A DNA stretch of 64,000 nt from Octopus vulgaris (Eukaryota), in assembly GCA_951406725.2 (NCBI GenBank), contig OX597816.1, forward strand, positions 158,038,001 to 158,102,000. The letters run 5' to 3'. Within the stretch, counting starts at the first letter, position 1. The number at the start of each line of letters is the position of its first letter. Position numbers and translations under genes: made by a program. The notes beneath the pieces were generated by a model, which did no database searches, was not told the DNA's origin, and saw only the letters and a list, made by a program, of their open reading frames with translations. Shown here one piece after another: positions 51,271-64,000 of this stretch.

Positions 51271-53984
51271 TTTCATGAACAGTATGATATTGCCAACCCT
51301 ACCACCACCACCACCGTCAAAATCTAAATGAAATGAGACAATGACCTGACATCAGTGCATCTCTAAACCAGCAATGCCAATCCTTTAACTACTTAACCAT
51401 TAAAATAATCATGTAAAGAGAATAATCATCTGATCCTTAGCTGTAAGTTTTCACACATGTTTAAGTGCATCAACATTTAAACGGATTAAGTCTCTGACAT
51501 GTAACCTGAGAGTGTCCACCATAGCCAACATTAAACGTCACCTGACTGTCCAGCCAAAATCAGGGTAATGAATTACTCTTAGACAAGGCTTTGCTTCAAT
51601 TTACTTATTCGGGAAGTAGATACTAGTTTATTTGAGCAGTTAATTGCTGGTAAACTTGATATCTTACATCTCCCAGCTAATAAATGCTATACAAATATAT
51701 GTTAAAAAATAGTACGTGACGAAGAAATAATGGAGTTCAACCTGCTATAAATAGCAGATAAACCACATTCCTAACCACTTAAAAAAAAGATATTTTTTAA
51801 TTTTTATTTGTTTCTGTCATTTGACTGCAGCCATGCTGGGCACCGCCTTGAAGGATTTCGTGTCAAATGAATCAATCCTAGTATTTGCTTTTTTAAAGCT
51901 GCACTTATTCTATCAATCTCATTTGCTGAACCTCTAAGTTATGGGAGACATAAACACATCAACACAAGTTGTCAAGCAGTGGTGGGAGATAAACATAGAA
52001 ACAAACAAACAAACAAACAAACAAACACACACACACACACACACACAAATACAAAATTGGTGTTACGAAGAATATTGAGCTGTGAAAACCAAGCCAAATC
52101 AGACTAGAACTTGGTGCAGCATGGAAAAGGAACATTAAAGGATGATGATGATATATACGACGGGCTTCTTTCAGTTTCCATCTACCATATCCACTCACAA
52201 GGCTTTGGTTGGCCTGAGGTTATAGTCGAAGACACTTGCTCGAAATGGTACACAGTGGAATTGAACCCAGAACCAAGTGGTTGGGAAGCCAACTTCTTAC
52301 CACACAGCCAAAGAACAGAATGATCATAGCTTGAACTCTCATTACAGGTCTACTCAATCAAGGCTGATCTTTGGCTAAGCTTCAACAACAACAACAACAA
52401 CACCAACACCATCCTATGAGTTGTACTAATTGAATATGTTCTGTTAAAAACAAAGTTTCACTTTCTATTTGATTTTATTAGCACTGTTACATTATTGAAG
52501 TCTCGGTTTTGGAATTTAATCACACCACAGCCCTGGTTTGGGGTTAGAGTCAATAAATAAAGTACCAACCAATCCAAACATAAAGCTCCAAATGGAATTA
52601 ACAGGTGTAATAACACCTGTTAATTTCCTACAGAACTTATTTTGATTGATTGTTTACTTTCTCAGCTCCATAACCCTTTAACATTTAAAATGGCGATATC
52701 TGGCCCAAATAATCTACTTGTTTTATGTTCAAATTGGCCAGATCCAGCCTCTTACACCTCCCTTACAATGTCGTTTAAAAAATATACAATCCCATCATTG
52801 AAATTTTTACATGCTGGCATGGGCTGGACAGTTCGACCAGAGCTGGCAAGCTGAGGAGCTGCACCAGACTCTAGTTTGATTTGGCATGGTCTCTACAGCT
52901 GGATGCCCTTCCTAACGCCAACCATTTTACAGAGTGAGGTGGGTGCTTTTACATGGCACTGCATGGGCCCCTTTATGTGGCGCTGCTGCATGGGTGTTTT
53001 TATGTGACACCACCAGGAGTGGCCATGTGTGAAGAAGTTTGCTTCTCAACCATATGGTTCCAAGTTCAGTCCCACTGCATTGCACCTTGGGCATGGCTGC
53101 AGTCTAATGACTAAAACAAGATAAAAGAGGTATGTATGTACGTATATACATATATATATAATGTGTGTGTGTGTTTGAGATAAGTAATACTGTACAATAG
53201 CAGTTAAAACATAGGTAGTAATATTTTTTACTGTTTAATCTTTAGAATCCAAGATTGGTGAGAAAAAAAAAAAGAAAAACATGGAGTGATCATCAGATAA
53301 GAGACTTGGCCAGGATGCTTGCAATAGATTTTACTCTGCAGAAAGATGGGCCAGGTGCAAATGTTAAACTGGGAGACAGATTAAGTCTTCCGCTGAAGAA
53401 TCGGAGCAGTTCCTCCAATGAGACCCTACAGAGTTCCTGTTTATTCATAAGGCCTTTGTTGACCTGAGGCTATAGAAACAAAGATATCTTATTAAGCACA
53501 TGGCCATCATCTTGCTCATATGAAGATGTGTTACAAATGAGAGTGAATACGTTGTATATAGCTTGTTGACTCTGCAGTGTTAATTTACATGAAATGCAAA
53601 TGCATGAAAGAAGTTAAAAATCAAAGTAATTTACATAATATATGTATCAGCAGCAGTTAACTACTCTGGTGGGAAACAAGTAATGTATGGATATTACATG
53701 GTGTTTAAAATGAATATCACATGAGGTTTAAAATAGATATTAATTATGTGATGTTTAAAATAGATATTATATGTTGTTTAAAAAAAGAAAAGTGCCTTGA
53801 AAAGATATCCATATCAGTAGCAAGCCAAGAAAGACTTGAGAAAAAGTGATTAGATCAAATGTGAAAATGACTTTCCTCTGAACTGAAATGATACGGAATA
53901 ACAGATAAAGACAACACACATAGCGAGATGGTGCATTGCTGACTCATCAAATCTGTAATAGCTTATAAGGAAAATTAATTTTAT

Positions 53985-54290
53985 GACATCATCATCATCA
54001 TCATCGTTTAACGTCCACTTTCCATCCTGGTATGGGTTGGATGGTTTGATTGAGGACTGGCAAGTTAGAAGGCTGCACCAAGCTCCAATCTGATCTGGCA
54101 AGGTTTCTACTGCTGGATGCCCTTCCTAATGCCACCCATTCAGAGAGTGTAGTGGGTGCTTTTTTATGTGCTACTGGCATGAGGGTGAGTCAGGCGGTAC
54201 TGGCATTGACCATGCTCGAATGGTGTTTTTTTTACATGCCACTGGTACAGGAGCCAGTCAGGCAGTACTGGCAATGACCACACGTGAATG
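53985..54290 (-). mobile_element. RTE 3'UTR fragment (family C)
   Basis: (CAT)n tail plus core. Confidence 0.8.
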
Positions 54291-54319
54291 GTGATGAAAA
54301 TTATGGAGTCATGGTAATG

Positions 54320-54520
54320 AAAGTTATGGAGAGAATGAAGAAGATATACAAGGGTACTACCAGCAGGATGAAGGAAGAGAGGGAAACTTGAGAAGACATG
54401 GCATGCAACCTTCAACAGTCTGAAGCAGCTTACCATCACCAGGAAAAGATGCAACCAGCTATGCTAAAAACTGGGATGATTGGAAACATCTTGCTGCCCA
54501 AGAGGGACTAAGATTAAGAA
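54320..54520 (+). pseudogene. old LINE C-terminal remnant
   Basis: RKRG..EKTWHATFNSLKQLTIT..DATSYAKNWDDWKHLAA resembles the RTE RGRPxxTW...DR..WR terminus. Confidence 0.5.
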
Positions 54521-54524
54521 GACA

Positions 54525-54975
54525 TAAGCTAGCAGAATCATTAGCACACTGGGCAAAATGCTTCACGACATTTCATCTGTCTTTACGTTCTGAGTTCAAA
54601 TTCTGCTGAGGTCAACTTTCCCTTTTGTTTTTAGGGTCAAAAAAATAAGTACCATTTGAACTCTGAGGTCAATATAATCAGCTTAGCCTCTCACCTTAAA
54701 TTGCTGACCTTGTCCCAAAATTTGAAATCATCATCATCATTATTATTATTATTATGAAGGTGGTGAGCTGACAGAATTGCTTACACTCCAGACAAAATGC
54801 TTAGCAGCATTTCGTTTGTCTTTACATTCTGAGTTCAAATTCTACTGAGATCAACTTTGCCTTCCATCCTTTCAGGTTTGATGATACAAGTACCAGTTGA
54901 GCACTGGGGTTGATGTAATCAGCGTATCCTCTCACCCGAAATTTCCTGCATTGTACTAAAATTTGAAACCAATAT
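54525..54975 (+). mobile_element. two tandem SINE family B copies
   Basis: Heads at about 54527 and 54758 (gagct.gcagaat), each with ttctgagttcaaattc..ctgag.tcaactttgcc. Confidence 0.8.
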
Positions 54976-55499
54976 TTGAAAAGATATAAACCTAAGCTTA
55001 AGAATTTTTACTGACACAAATTCTATGATAAATCACATGAAAAGGAAGATGGACTCAAATTTATCACTAACTTCTAACCTTTCAATGTCATTTTGACACA
55101 TTTATACACATACCCATCATATTTCTTATTCAGGATTAATCTCAACTCCATGTCATACAATTAATTATTCAATTAAGAAAACTCCACATCTTCGAAAAAT
55201 ACTGACACAGGGGAAAAAAACCCCCCAAAATGAACAACATAACAAATCCATACAGGTCAGCAACTCAAACATAAAAGTAATATTTCATAATACAATGATG
55301 AAATGTACTTCATAAATGTTTGACAAATGTAGACAGCCATATTAGCAATGCATGTGATTTTAAATCATACCAATAAGCAATTTCTAAGACATTATTTCAA
55401 AGAAGGTTTACTCTATATAGAAAATTATATTTAACTGAAAATACATCAAACAGTAATTCTATCTCACTCATTAGCTCACTCCATCTTGCTACTTATTTA

Positions 55500-55554
55500 C
55501 TATCTATTTATGTCTATCTATCAATCTATCTATGTCTGTCTGTCTGTCTATCTA

Positions 55555-55587
<33 letters not shown>

Positions 55588-55616
55588 CTGTCTGTCTATC
55601 TATCTATCTATCTATC

Positions 55617-55647
<31 letters not shown>

Positions 55648-55822
55648 CTGTCTGTCTATCTATCTATGTCTGTCTGTTTATCTATCTATGTCTGTCTGTT
55701 TATCTATCTATGTCTGTCTGTTTATCTATCTATGTCTGTCTGTTTATCTATCTATGTCTGTCTGTCTATCTATCTATCTCTGTCTGTCTATCTATCTATC
55801 TCTGTCTGTCTATCTATCTCTG

Positions 55823-55863
<41 letters not shown>

Positions 55864-55910
55864 GTCTATCTACCTATCTATGTCTATCCATCTATGTATC
55901 TGCCTATCTA
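55500..55910. repeat. (TCTA/TCTG)n tetranucleotide satellite
   Basis: Directly visible. Confidence 0.95.
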
Positions 55911-57249
55911 TTACTATCTTTCATGCATGAATTTTCTTTGATGTCAAAAACAAAAAAAATTTTAACGAAGTAAAATTATTCTCAGTTATTATTATTATTA
56001 TTATTATCATTATTATTAAATAAACTTCGTAAAAATTAAAGAATCAGTCAAGACTAATTGAAGAAAAGTTCATTTCAGTGACATTAAAAAAAAAACTGGA
56101 TAAGATGAGTATAAAGCATGATATTTAGAGAACCTAATATGTCTTTTAACAACCAAAGGGAAGAGAAGATAGTAAAATATGTTTGAAATGAAAACAGCAA
56201 AGAAAAGATAGCAATAATAATAATAATTTAAAAGAAATGAAAGAAGATGTGATTATTTCAAGATGGAAGCAAATCTTATTATATTAGCAATTTTCACTTC
56301 AACAGTCAGATAAAATTGTTTTCCATTAAGTAATTGAGTGAACATCAAACATTTTCATTGTATTCATTTGTTTGCTTGCTTGTGGGTACGTGCATATGTA
56401 GATAAAGTCCATTTATGTATGTATTGCAGCAAGATGCAAACGTGCACACGTTTGCAGTAATGCTTATGAAAGTGCATGTGAATTTATGCAAGTACACAAG
56501 AATATTTCAATTATGAGATAAGCAAAACTGCAGTGTCTTTGCTTTGTTCTTTGCAATCTGGAAAAAAAAAACCAAAAATACAAAAGAACCATACACACAT
56601 CTCTCTCTGTTAAGCCATTTTCCATTGGAGGCGATGTCTTTGAATAAGGTGCAGTGGAGCCTTCAGCTATAAGACACTCTCTGAGAAGAATTTTTTTAGC
56701 TGGAAGTTTCCTAGTAAAATGACAATTCTTTCTTTATCTGTAAGATCTCCAAAGAATGAAGCAAGGCATTGGCCCTGAGACCCCATGAAAAGTAATATTT
56801 CTTCAATTGTGATAAATAAAAACTATCATAGAGTAGGATGAGAATTCAATGTGGATAATTCAATGGTTTACCATATTCAGAAACATAATACAGTTGACTG
56901 AAGTCTGGTGCTGCCCTCCAGCATGCCAGCTCCAGTCAAACCATCTAACCCATGCCAGCATGAAGAATGAACATTAAATTATGATATTAATCAAAGGATC
57001 AATGATTTTAAGGTTATTGACTAAAAGACCATGTATTCAAACCTTACCAAAGGAATCACACATTGGCTGTTTTGATCAAAATATTTTACTGATCAATCAA
57101 CTTAGCTAGCTCCACTGGTTTGGCTATAGTAAAGTATTTCTGATGTTAAAATAAATGTTCTAGAAACTTAAAAACTATTATGTGTTCAACCGAGCTGTTT
57201 GTGTATACAACAAACCAGATTTGGGTAGCATAATGATTATTTTTTTTCT

Positions 57250-57723
57250 CATAGTTGTTTTAGTCATCTGGCTGCAGCCATGCTGGAGCACCACCTTTAG
57301 TCAAGCAAATAGCCCCCCAGGACTTTTTCTGCCAGCTCACCGTCTTTGAAACTTCCTTATATTATACAGGGTGCAGCAGAAGTAAGGCCCTTTTTGCATT
57401 GGATAACTTTTATATTTCTTTTATTCTTTTATTTGTTTCAGTCATTTGACTGCCGCCATGTTGGAGCACCGCCTTTGGTTGAACAAATCAACCCCCAGGA
57501 CTTATTTCTTTGTAAGCCTAGTACTTATTCTATTGGTCTCTTTTGCTAAACTGCTAAGTTATGGGGGCATAAACACACCAAGATCGGTTGTCAAGCGATA
57601 TTGGGGGGGGGGTGAACACAGACACAAATAACAAACACACACAAGGTGCCATGCAGTGGGACTGAACCCGGAACCATTGTGGTTGGGAAGCAAGATTCTT
57701 ACCACACAGCCACTCCTGCGCCT
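57250..57723 (-). mobile_element. SINE family A fragments
   Basis: 3' part at 57250-57330 and 57420-57630, head at 57645-57723. Confidence 0.75.
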
Positions 57724-58494
57724 ATAAATGTATATAAATATTACATAATTTTTTATTGAACACAAATTTACTTAAAGAAATGGATAATAAACTAATGAAA
57801 AAGTTTTAGGAAGTAAAAAAAAAAGAAACTCAATTAGGAACTACAAAACTCAAATACAAAAGGGCATTACTCCTGCTGCCCCTTGTATATGCTAGTAGCA
57901 CTGAGGAAGGAAGTTTATAACAACTTATATCCATAGCAGCAAAGGGAACCATCTGTGCTGACAGAGTGTTGTTGTGAGAAATGAAAACCACCTGAATATT
58001 CTAACAAGGAGAGCGACTAACTTAAGGTTCATAAACCTTAAATACACAGACAGCAGGGGACACAAACATTAACATCAAACAGGGAACCGACCACTTGTAT
58101 GTTGAAGAGCAGCAAGAGGGAAGTGCCAGCGTGTTCTGACAATTAAAGAAGCTGCTGATGCGGTGATGCTGACTGTGTTTATAATTAGGGACAGGTGGTG
58201 ATGATGATGATGATGAGGAAGTAAATAAAGTGAGACAATTATTCTGCAACATGTTTTTAAAGAGGAGGACTGAATAGCATACTAAGATAAACCTGATGAC
58301 TATCATATTTTCTCATGACTACTTTTTTATGAGATATAGAAGGGGAGAAGGAGAGAAAGACAGGAAGAAAGGAATGACAAGAAGGGGAGAAACAGAAAGG
58401 AAGACAACAGAGAGGAAAAGATAAAAACAGAGGAAGAGAGAGAGAGAGAAAAGATAGACAGATGCAGTAAAGCGAGAGGGTCAACAGCAAAGAA

Positions 58495-58890
58495 ACAGAA
58501 AGAGAAGAGCAGAGGGGGGGAAAGAGAATAAAGAAATCAGCAAAGGGGAAGAGAAAGAAAGAAACAAAGTGAAGAGCAGAGAGGGGAAGAGAGGGGGGAG
58601 AGATAGAATGAAGAAATCAGCAAAGGGGAAGAGGAAGGGAGAAACAAAGTGAAGAGCATAGGGGGGAGAGAGGGGGGGAGAGAGAGAATGAAGAAATCAG
58701 CAAAGGGGAAGAGGAAGAGAGAAACAAAGAGGAAAGCAGAGTGAGGAAGAGGGAGGGGGAGAGGGAGGAGAGAGAATGAAGAAATCAGCAAAGAGGAAGA
58801 GAAAGAGAGAAACAAAGTGAAGAGCAGGGGGGGGGGAGAATGAAGAAATCAGCAAAGGGGAAGAGAAAAGAAGAGGGAGGAAGAGAGAGG
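58495..58890. repeat. purine-rich tandem repeat, period ~80 bp, about 5 units
   Basis: AAGAAATCAGCAAAG recurs at about 58531, 58611, 58691, 58779 and 58843. Confidence 0.85.
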
Positions 58891-60146
58891 GGGGTGGGAA
58901 ACTAATGAAAATGGATGAGTGAAAGCTGTGGAGAGTGAGATACATTTGACAGCCTAATTTAAGGATATATTTCCTTCAACATTGACAGCTGATTAAAAGT
59001 TGATAGAAAAGAAGCCGAAAAATGTCATTGAGAATCATGTGGCTAATACATTTCCAATCAACAATTTTTGGAACCAATAGATTTACTTGTTAATCAACTT
59101 GTTTAGCTTCATATCACAACTGGTGGGCATTAACATTGTTGGTTGCAGGTTTCCAGCAGGTTAATTACTACTTCAATGCATTTTTGATGGCAACAGTAAC
59201 TAGGGAGTGTTAGTAACTCAGTACAGAACAAATATCACAAAAAACTTTTATTCAAAAAGCATCATTTTTTTTTTTTTTTTTCTTTTTTGGCAAATGTTCA
59301 AAACTTTTGCTGATATATATCAGCAAAGCATATGTGCACACACACACACACTTCAGTTTTGACAATGAGTATTTAGCTGTTTAATTAGCTGAACTTTCTG
59401 CTCAGTGACTTAGCCTGTAAGTGGCTGAGTATTCCACAGACATACATACACTTGGCATAATTTTCCAATAGGACACTGTGTGTGGCAAAGCTAGACCTAA
59501 TTTTATGTGTACTCTACCTGACAGGCTTCTGTTGTTTCCATCTACTCAATTTCACACACAAGGCTTCGAGATGCCACAAAATGAAAATGAAACCAGGAAC
59601 TTGTGATTGTGAAGTGAGTTTCTTAACCATTCAACCAAGCCATGCCCCCCCACACACACAAACACACACGTGTGACAAGCTTCTACACCAAAATTTATCA
59701 ACCAAATTTTACTTACAAGATGTTTATCAACCTGGAGCTATGGTGAGAGACGTTTACCCAAGGTTCTACACAATCATACCCATGCACCTATTTTTCATAC
59801 TCTTATTTTTTAATTAACAACATTATTAGTGAGAGGAATCAGATGATGAAGGACAGTATTGAGTTAACAGGTCTGTCATGCCCCCTAGCACTCATAAGTC
59901 TAGGGCTTGACCCAGTTTCCACGGTATATAAGTGAACGAGATCACAATACTCCCCTCTGAATGAATACTGGTCTGTTGCAAGTGATTTAACAGAGACAAT
60001 AAAATGCCAAACTAAATGTTCCATGTTAAATACCTTTTATTTATGACAACAAAATACTTCTCTTCACTTTTTACTGAGATTACTCTGGCTGATAGAAACA
60101 TCTATTTGTTCTCAAAATTCATCCATTCATTTTCATAATCCACTAT

Positions 60147-60275
60147 TCCTGTAGGGGTCAAAGGGGCAGGGTTCTTAGACAACACACCAGAGAGTCTTGT
60201 CAGAAGCAACTGTCAGCAAATATTCCAATTGGATCCTTAACAAAGACCAACTGAAGATTTGGATATTACTGTGGT
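60147..60275 (+). pseudogene. possible remnant of an RLE-type (R2/NeSL/Hero-like) LINE C-terminus
   Basis: PVGVKGAGFL...SEATVSKYSNWILNK..KIW loosely resembles PVEVGxRGF...SxAAERxSxWLW. Very degraded. Confidence 0.3.
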
Positions 60276-60382
60276 CGGCTTCTGACTCTCCTGACAATTG
60301 GGCCTTGTCCATAAAATCTGCCCTAAGATTCTTTCCTCGGATATTCTAACCACATGTGGTTAGAACATCTGAGATATCATTA

Positions 60383-60758
60383 CGGCACTCTGTTGGTTAT
60401 GACAACAAGGGTTCCAGTTGATCCAATCAATGTAACAGCCTGCTCATGAAATTAACATACAAGTGGCTGAGCACTCCACAGACACGTGTACCCTTAACGT
60501 AGTTCTCGGGGAGATTCAGCGTGACACAGTGTGTGACAAGGCTGGCCCTTTGAAATACAGGTACAACAGAAACAGGAAGAAAGAAAGGAAGTTGTGCTGA
60601 AAGAGTACAGCAGGGTTCAACCCCCCCCCATCCTGCCAGAGCCTCGTGGAGATTTAGGTATTTTTGCTCAATAAAGACTCACAACGCCTGGTCTGGGAAT
60701 CGAAATTGCAATCCTATGACCGTAAGTCCGGTGCCCTAACCACTGGGCCATTGCACCT
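60383..60758 (-). mobile_element. tRNA-derived SINE family D variant
   Basis: Head GGAGGTGCAATGGCCCAGTGGTTAGGGCACCGGAC..GCAATTTCGATTCCC. Body shared with 770-960. Confidence 0.8.
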
Positions 60759-61574
60759 CCACTGTGGTATCTAAACTAGGAACCTTTCTAAACTGAATCC
60801 CAGAAACCCAGGTCTGTGTGTAGACACAGGCTGTATGTCGTTGGCCAGCTGGAGGAGATGTCTTCCTGGAGCTAAAAACAACAATAACACCATCATCTAT
60901 AGGACCGCCATATTTAGCTGGCAAATATATTTTACTGTAGTAATGTTCTTATCCACTAAAGATATACACAAAATGGTTGGTGAATCCACGTGGAATCTCT
61001 AAATGCTAGAAATAACAACAAAATCACGAGAGAATTTGCTATGCTTGGAAAGATGGTTAGGTCTTCTCTCCAGCATCAAATTGTCATTTCTTTTGTGGCT
61101 ACATCTTGAGATCAGTCTTCACCACTTTATCCCAATTTTTTCTTGCTCTCCCTCTTCCATGGGTTCCAAGTATTTCAAATGCTCAGCACTTCTTTATACA
61201 TTAAAATGTCAGGTAGTGATGGGAGGTCGGGATACACAATTATATATCTACATCTGTGTCTTTCACCCACTTTGTACCTTCTGGTCCCTTTCACCTGTCC
61301 CTCTTGCCTATTCAATACCTACTCACTGCTCCATGCTATCTGTATAATGAGGGGGAAAACAGATCTCTGATCAAAGACATTCCAGTTATGAGTGTCCCAT
61401 ATTTTTGTCAGAATAGCATAACCTACACTACATCATGCAATGTGTCTTTTTTATTATTATTATTATTTTGTCTTTTAGCAGCAAATGGATGTGGTTTGAG
61501 AGAGATTTGATTTCTATTTCTAACAGATCAAGTAACCACAAATGAGCTTCAAGTGACTTGTGTGCACACATGCA

Positions 61575-61577
<3 letters not shown>

Positions 61578-61641
<64 letters not shown>
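61578..61641. repeat. (TG)n microsatellite
   Basis: Directly visible. Confidence 0.95.
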
Positions 61642-61643
<2 letters not shown>

Positions 61644-62254
61644 TTGTTTGATTTAAGTGTCTGTGTGTATTTTGATTTTGTAGTTGAAAATAAATGACAA
61701 AACCCCAGGTCCTTGCTGGCTGATCGACATTAGAGGAGATAAGGACAGGTAAATAAGTGTAGATACAGTGTAAAACTAGAGAAACTAAAAATAGCAAAGG
61801 TACCCACCTCCCTAAAATAATCAACTGCCAACAATGTCTGAAAGCAGAACAAATAGACAAGTCCTGTAAGAAATAATTGAAAGCTTAAGAGAAAGGGGGC
61901 AGAATTCCTTAGCACCTCACACCCACACCAATGACTAACTAACAAGTCCTCAACCTTCGATAAAGGATAAATGTTTATCTAACCCATACAGCTTGAACAA
62001 TAAATACAATAAATATATTTGTCTACCTACAGCCTTATTGATGTCAAAAGGTTAATACGTGTGCAGGGAGATTGTTGTCATTAAGCTTTTCCAAAGCCTA
62101 TTGTTAGTTGTTGTTTAGGCCTGAGTCAGCCCTGATCAAGCAGTCCTAAATCAAAGAGGTTCCAGTTATGACCATTCTGTGCATCATGGTATGAATGATA
62201 GAGCTGAGCAAAGTACCCCAGGGGTGTGTTCTCAGTGTGGTTAATACACACAGG

Positions 62255-62630
62255 AGCAGGCATGGCTGTGTGGTTAAGAAGCTCACTTTATAACCATATA
62301 GTTCCAGGTTCAGTCCCACTGTGTGGTACTTGAGGCAAGTGTCCCTACTATAGCCCCAAGTCAACCAAAGCCTTGTGAATGAATATGGTAGAAGGAAACT
62401 GTGTTGAAGCCTGTCATATATATATATATATGTATGTCAGTGTTTGTATTTGTTGTGCACCACCATTTGACAAGTGGTGTTGGCTTGTTTACCCTAGAGG
62501 TTTGGCAAAAGAGACAAACAGAATAACAGATTTAAAATAAGTACCAGGGTCAATTTGTCCAACTAAACCCTTTAAGACAGAGCCCCAGTATGGCTGCAGT
62601 CCAATGACTGAAACAAGTGAAAGATAAAGG
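62255..62630 (+). mobile_element. SINE family A full copy
   Basis: Collinear with 31488-31880. Confidence 0.8.
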
Positions 62631-64000
62631 AAGCTACAGTAGGGTCTTACATGTGTAATACAAATAATTCAAAATAACTTTAAGAGAGACTAACACAATG
62701 CACAAAAATTCTTTCTAGAAGTGTTTAAAAACGAGGGGGGTTACTAATATCAGCTGAAGAAACTTTTTCAAAACTAAAGACAATGTAAATGAGTGGATTC
62801 TGTCTTTAATGCCAACTGATGATAGCATTGAACATGTTTCAATCTTATTTGACCTCCTCAGTAAAAGTTTTACTACTATCTGTACTACTATTTAACTCTC
62901 TCACATACACACACAGAATGCTGCTCTTCGTTGGTTAAGCAATATAGAAAGTTGCCAAGCTGGTTCATGCATGCATGTCTTACACACACATATTGTCTTA
63001 AGGTATGGGCCCACTGAGCAGTTGTCCAAGACCTACAGGTCTTGGAGACCCAATTCTGATCTGTATATATCATGGTTTGCTGTTAATAAATATATACTAT
63101 AGGACCTAGGGGATCAGTTTACCTCAGGGCCTTTAATGCTGCAGAGACAGATCTGCATACATATGTATGTAAATCAAAGAGTGGGGTGTTAATTGAGAAA
63201 GATTTAGCTGCTATTTCTTGCAGGTATACAGCAACCCATGTAGAGATTTCTCTTGTTGCCTCAGTGTTTATGTGAAGAGAAAGTGCTACAAACCTAGATT
63301 GGAAATAGAGTTGTGTTGGAGTGGGAGAGAGATTTAAGTCTCAAGAAGCTTAGTTTTCTTCTCATGCCACAATAACAACAACAACAACAGCAACTTGAAA
63401 ATAATGATCACAGAAATACAATAACCAACCTTATTGGTGGGAGGAGAAAAAAAACAAAGCGAGAGAAAAGAAAGGAAGAAAGGAAACAACCAAATACATG
63501 GTGGTGCGGATTGTAAAATATTTAATAGATTAAACAATACATAAAAAGTAGACATGAAAACGTGAAAGAGGCAAGAGGCGACAGCAGAACGAGGCCGCTA
63601 TAGAGGTGGGAGTATGAATGCACCAGTTGTTATACAAACCAGACAATATACATAATCCACAAGATTGTTCTAAACTGTTACACAGAAGAAGCTAATTCCA
63701 TTGTAGTATTGTTATTTACCGGATTCTTTTTCTCTTATTTTTTTTCTCCACTTAAAAAATTTTTTTTTGCCATGATTATTTGCTGTGACAGAGGTGTATG
63801 ATCATTGTATTGCTTTTTTTATTTTCTCGACTGAATTATATTTACTCCCCGCCACCTTTACAAAGACATCAAACTTAACCTCATAAAATTTCACCCAGGT
63901 GTTACTAAAGACTTTCGGAAACTGTTAAACGTGTTAAGATGGACAAAATACAAGATAACTAAGTGTAGTAAACTTCCTCTCTCACATTAATTCACTTCAA

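Noticed and set aside
55486-55973. Three overlapping ORFs of 132-151 aa
   Set aside because: Stop-free translation of (TCTA/TCTG)n.

Overview
AT-rich, microsatellite-rich eukaryotic DNA dominated by transposable elements. The repeat landscape (tRNA-head SINEs, RTE-LINE 3' ends with (GAT)n tails, dense TA/CA/TCTA microsatellites) suggests a cephalopod genome, probably Octopus; this is an inference from pattern recognition. I see no intact host protein-coding gene. Almost all ORFs in the track come from microsatellites or SINEs. Supported elements: a stop-free 5'-truncated RTE LINE (21453-22436), several older RTE remnants, a decayed Tc1-like transposon with TIRs, TA target-site duplication (TSD) and DD36E spacing (25106-26194), a foldback MITE with 8-bp TSD and internal telomere-like repeats (4832-5468), hAT, pogo and piggyBac-like MITEs, a non-autonomous Helitron, a Helentron-like element and three SINE families. 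Several minus-strand segments have good splice signals but no clear coding frame, so the window may lie in the 5'UTR introns of a large gene or in a lncRNA. The most notable object is a CpG-rich, hairpin-rich 364-bp unit with 38-bp terminal direct repeats carrying a type I hammerhead ribozyme fold (40421-40822), consistent with a retrozyme or Penelope-like retroelement derived from a circular RNA. Repeat boundaries without TSDs are approximate.
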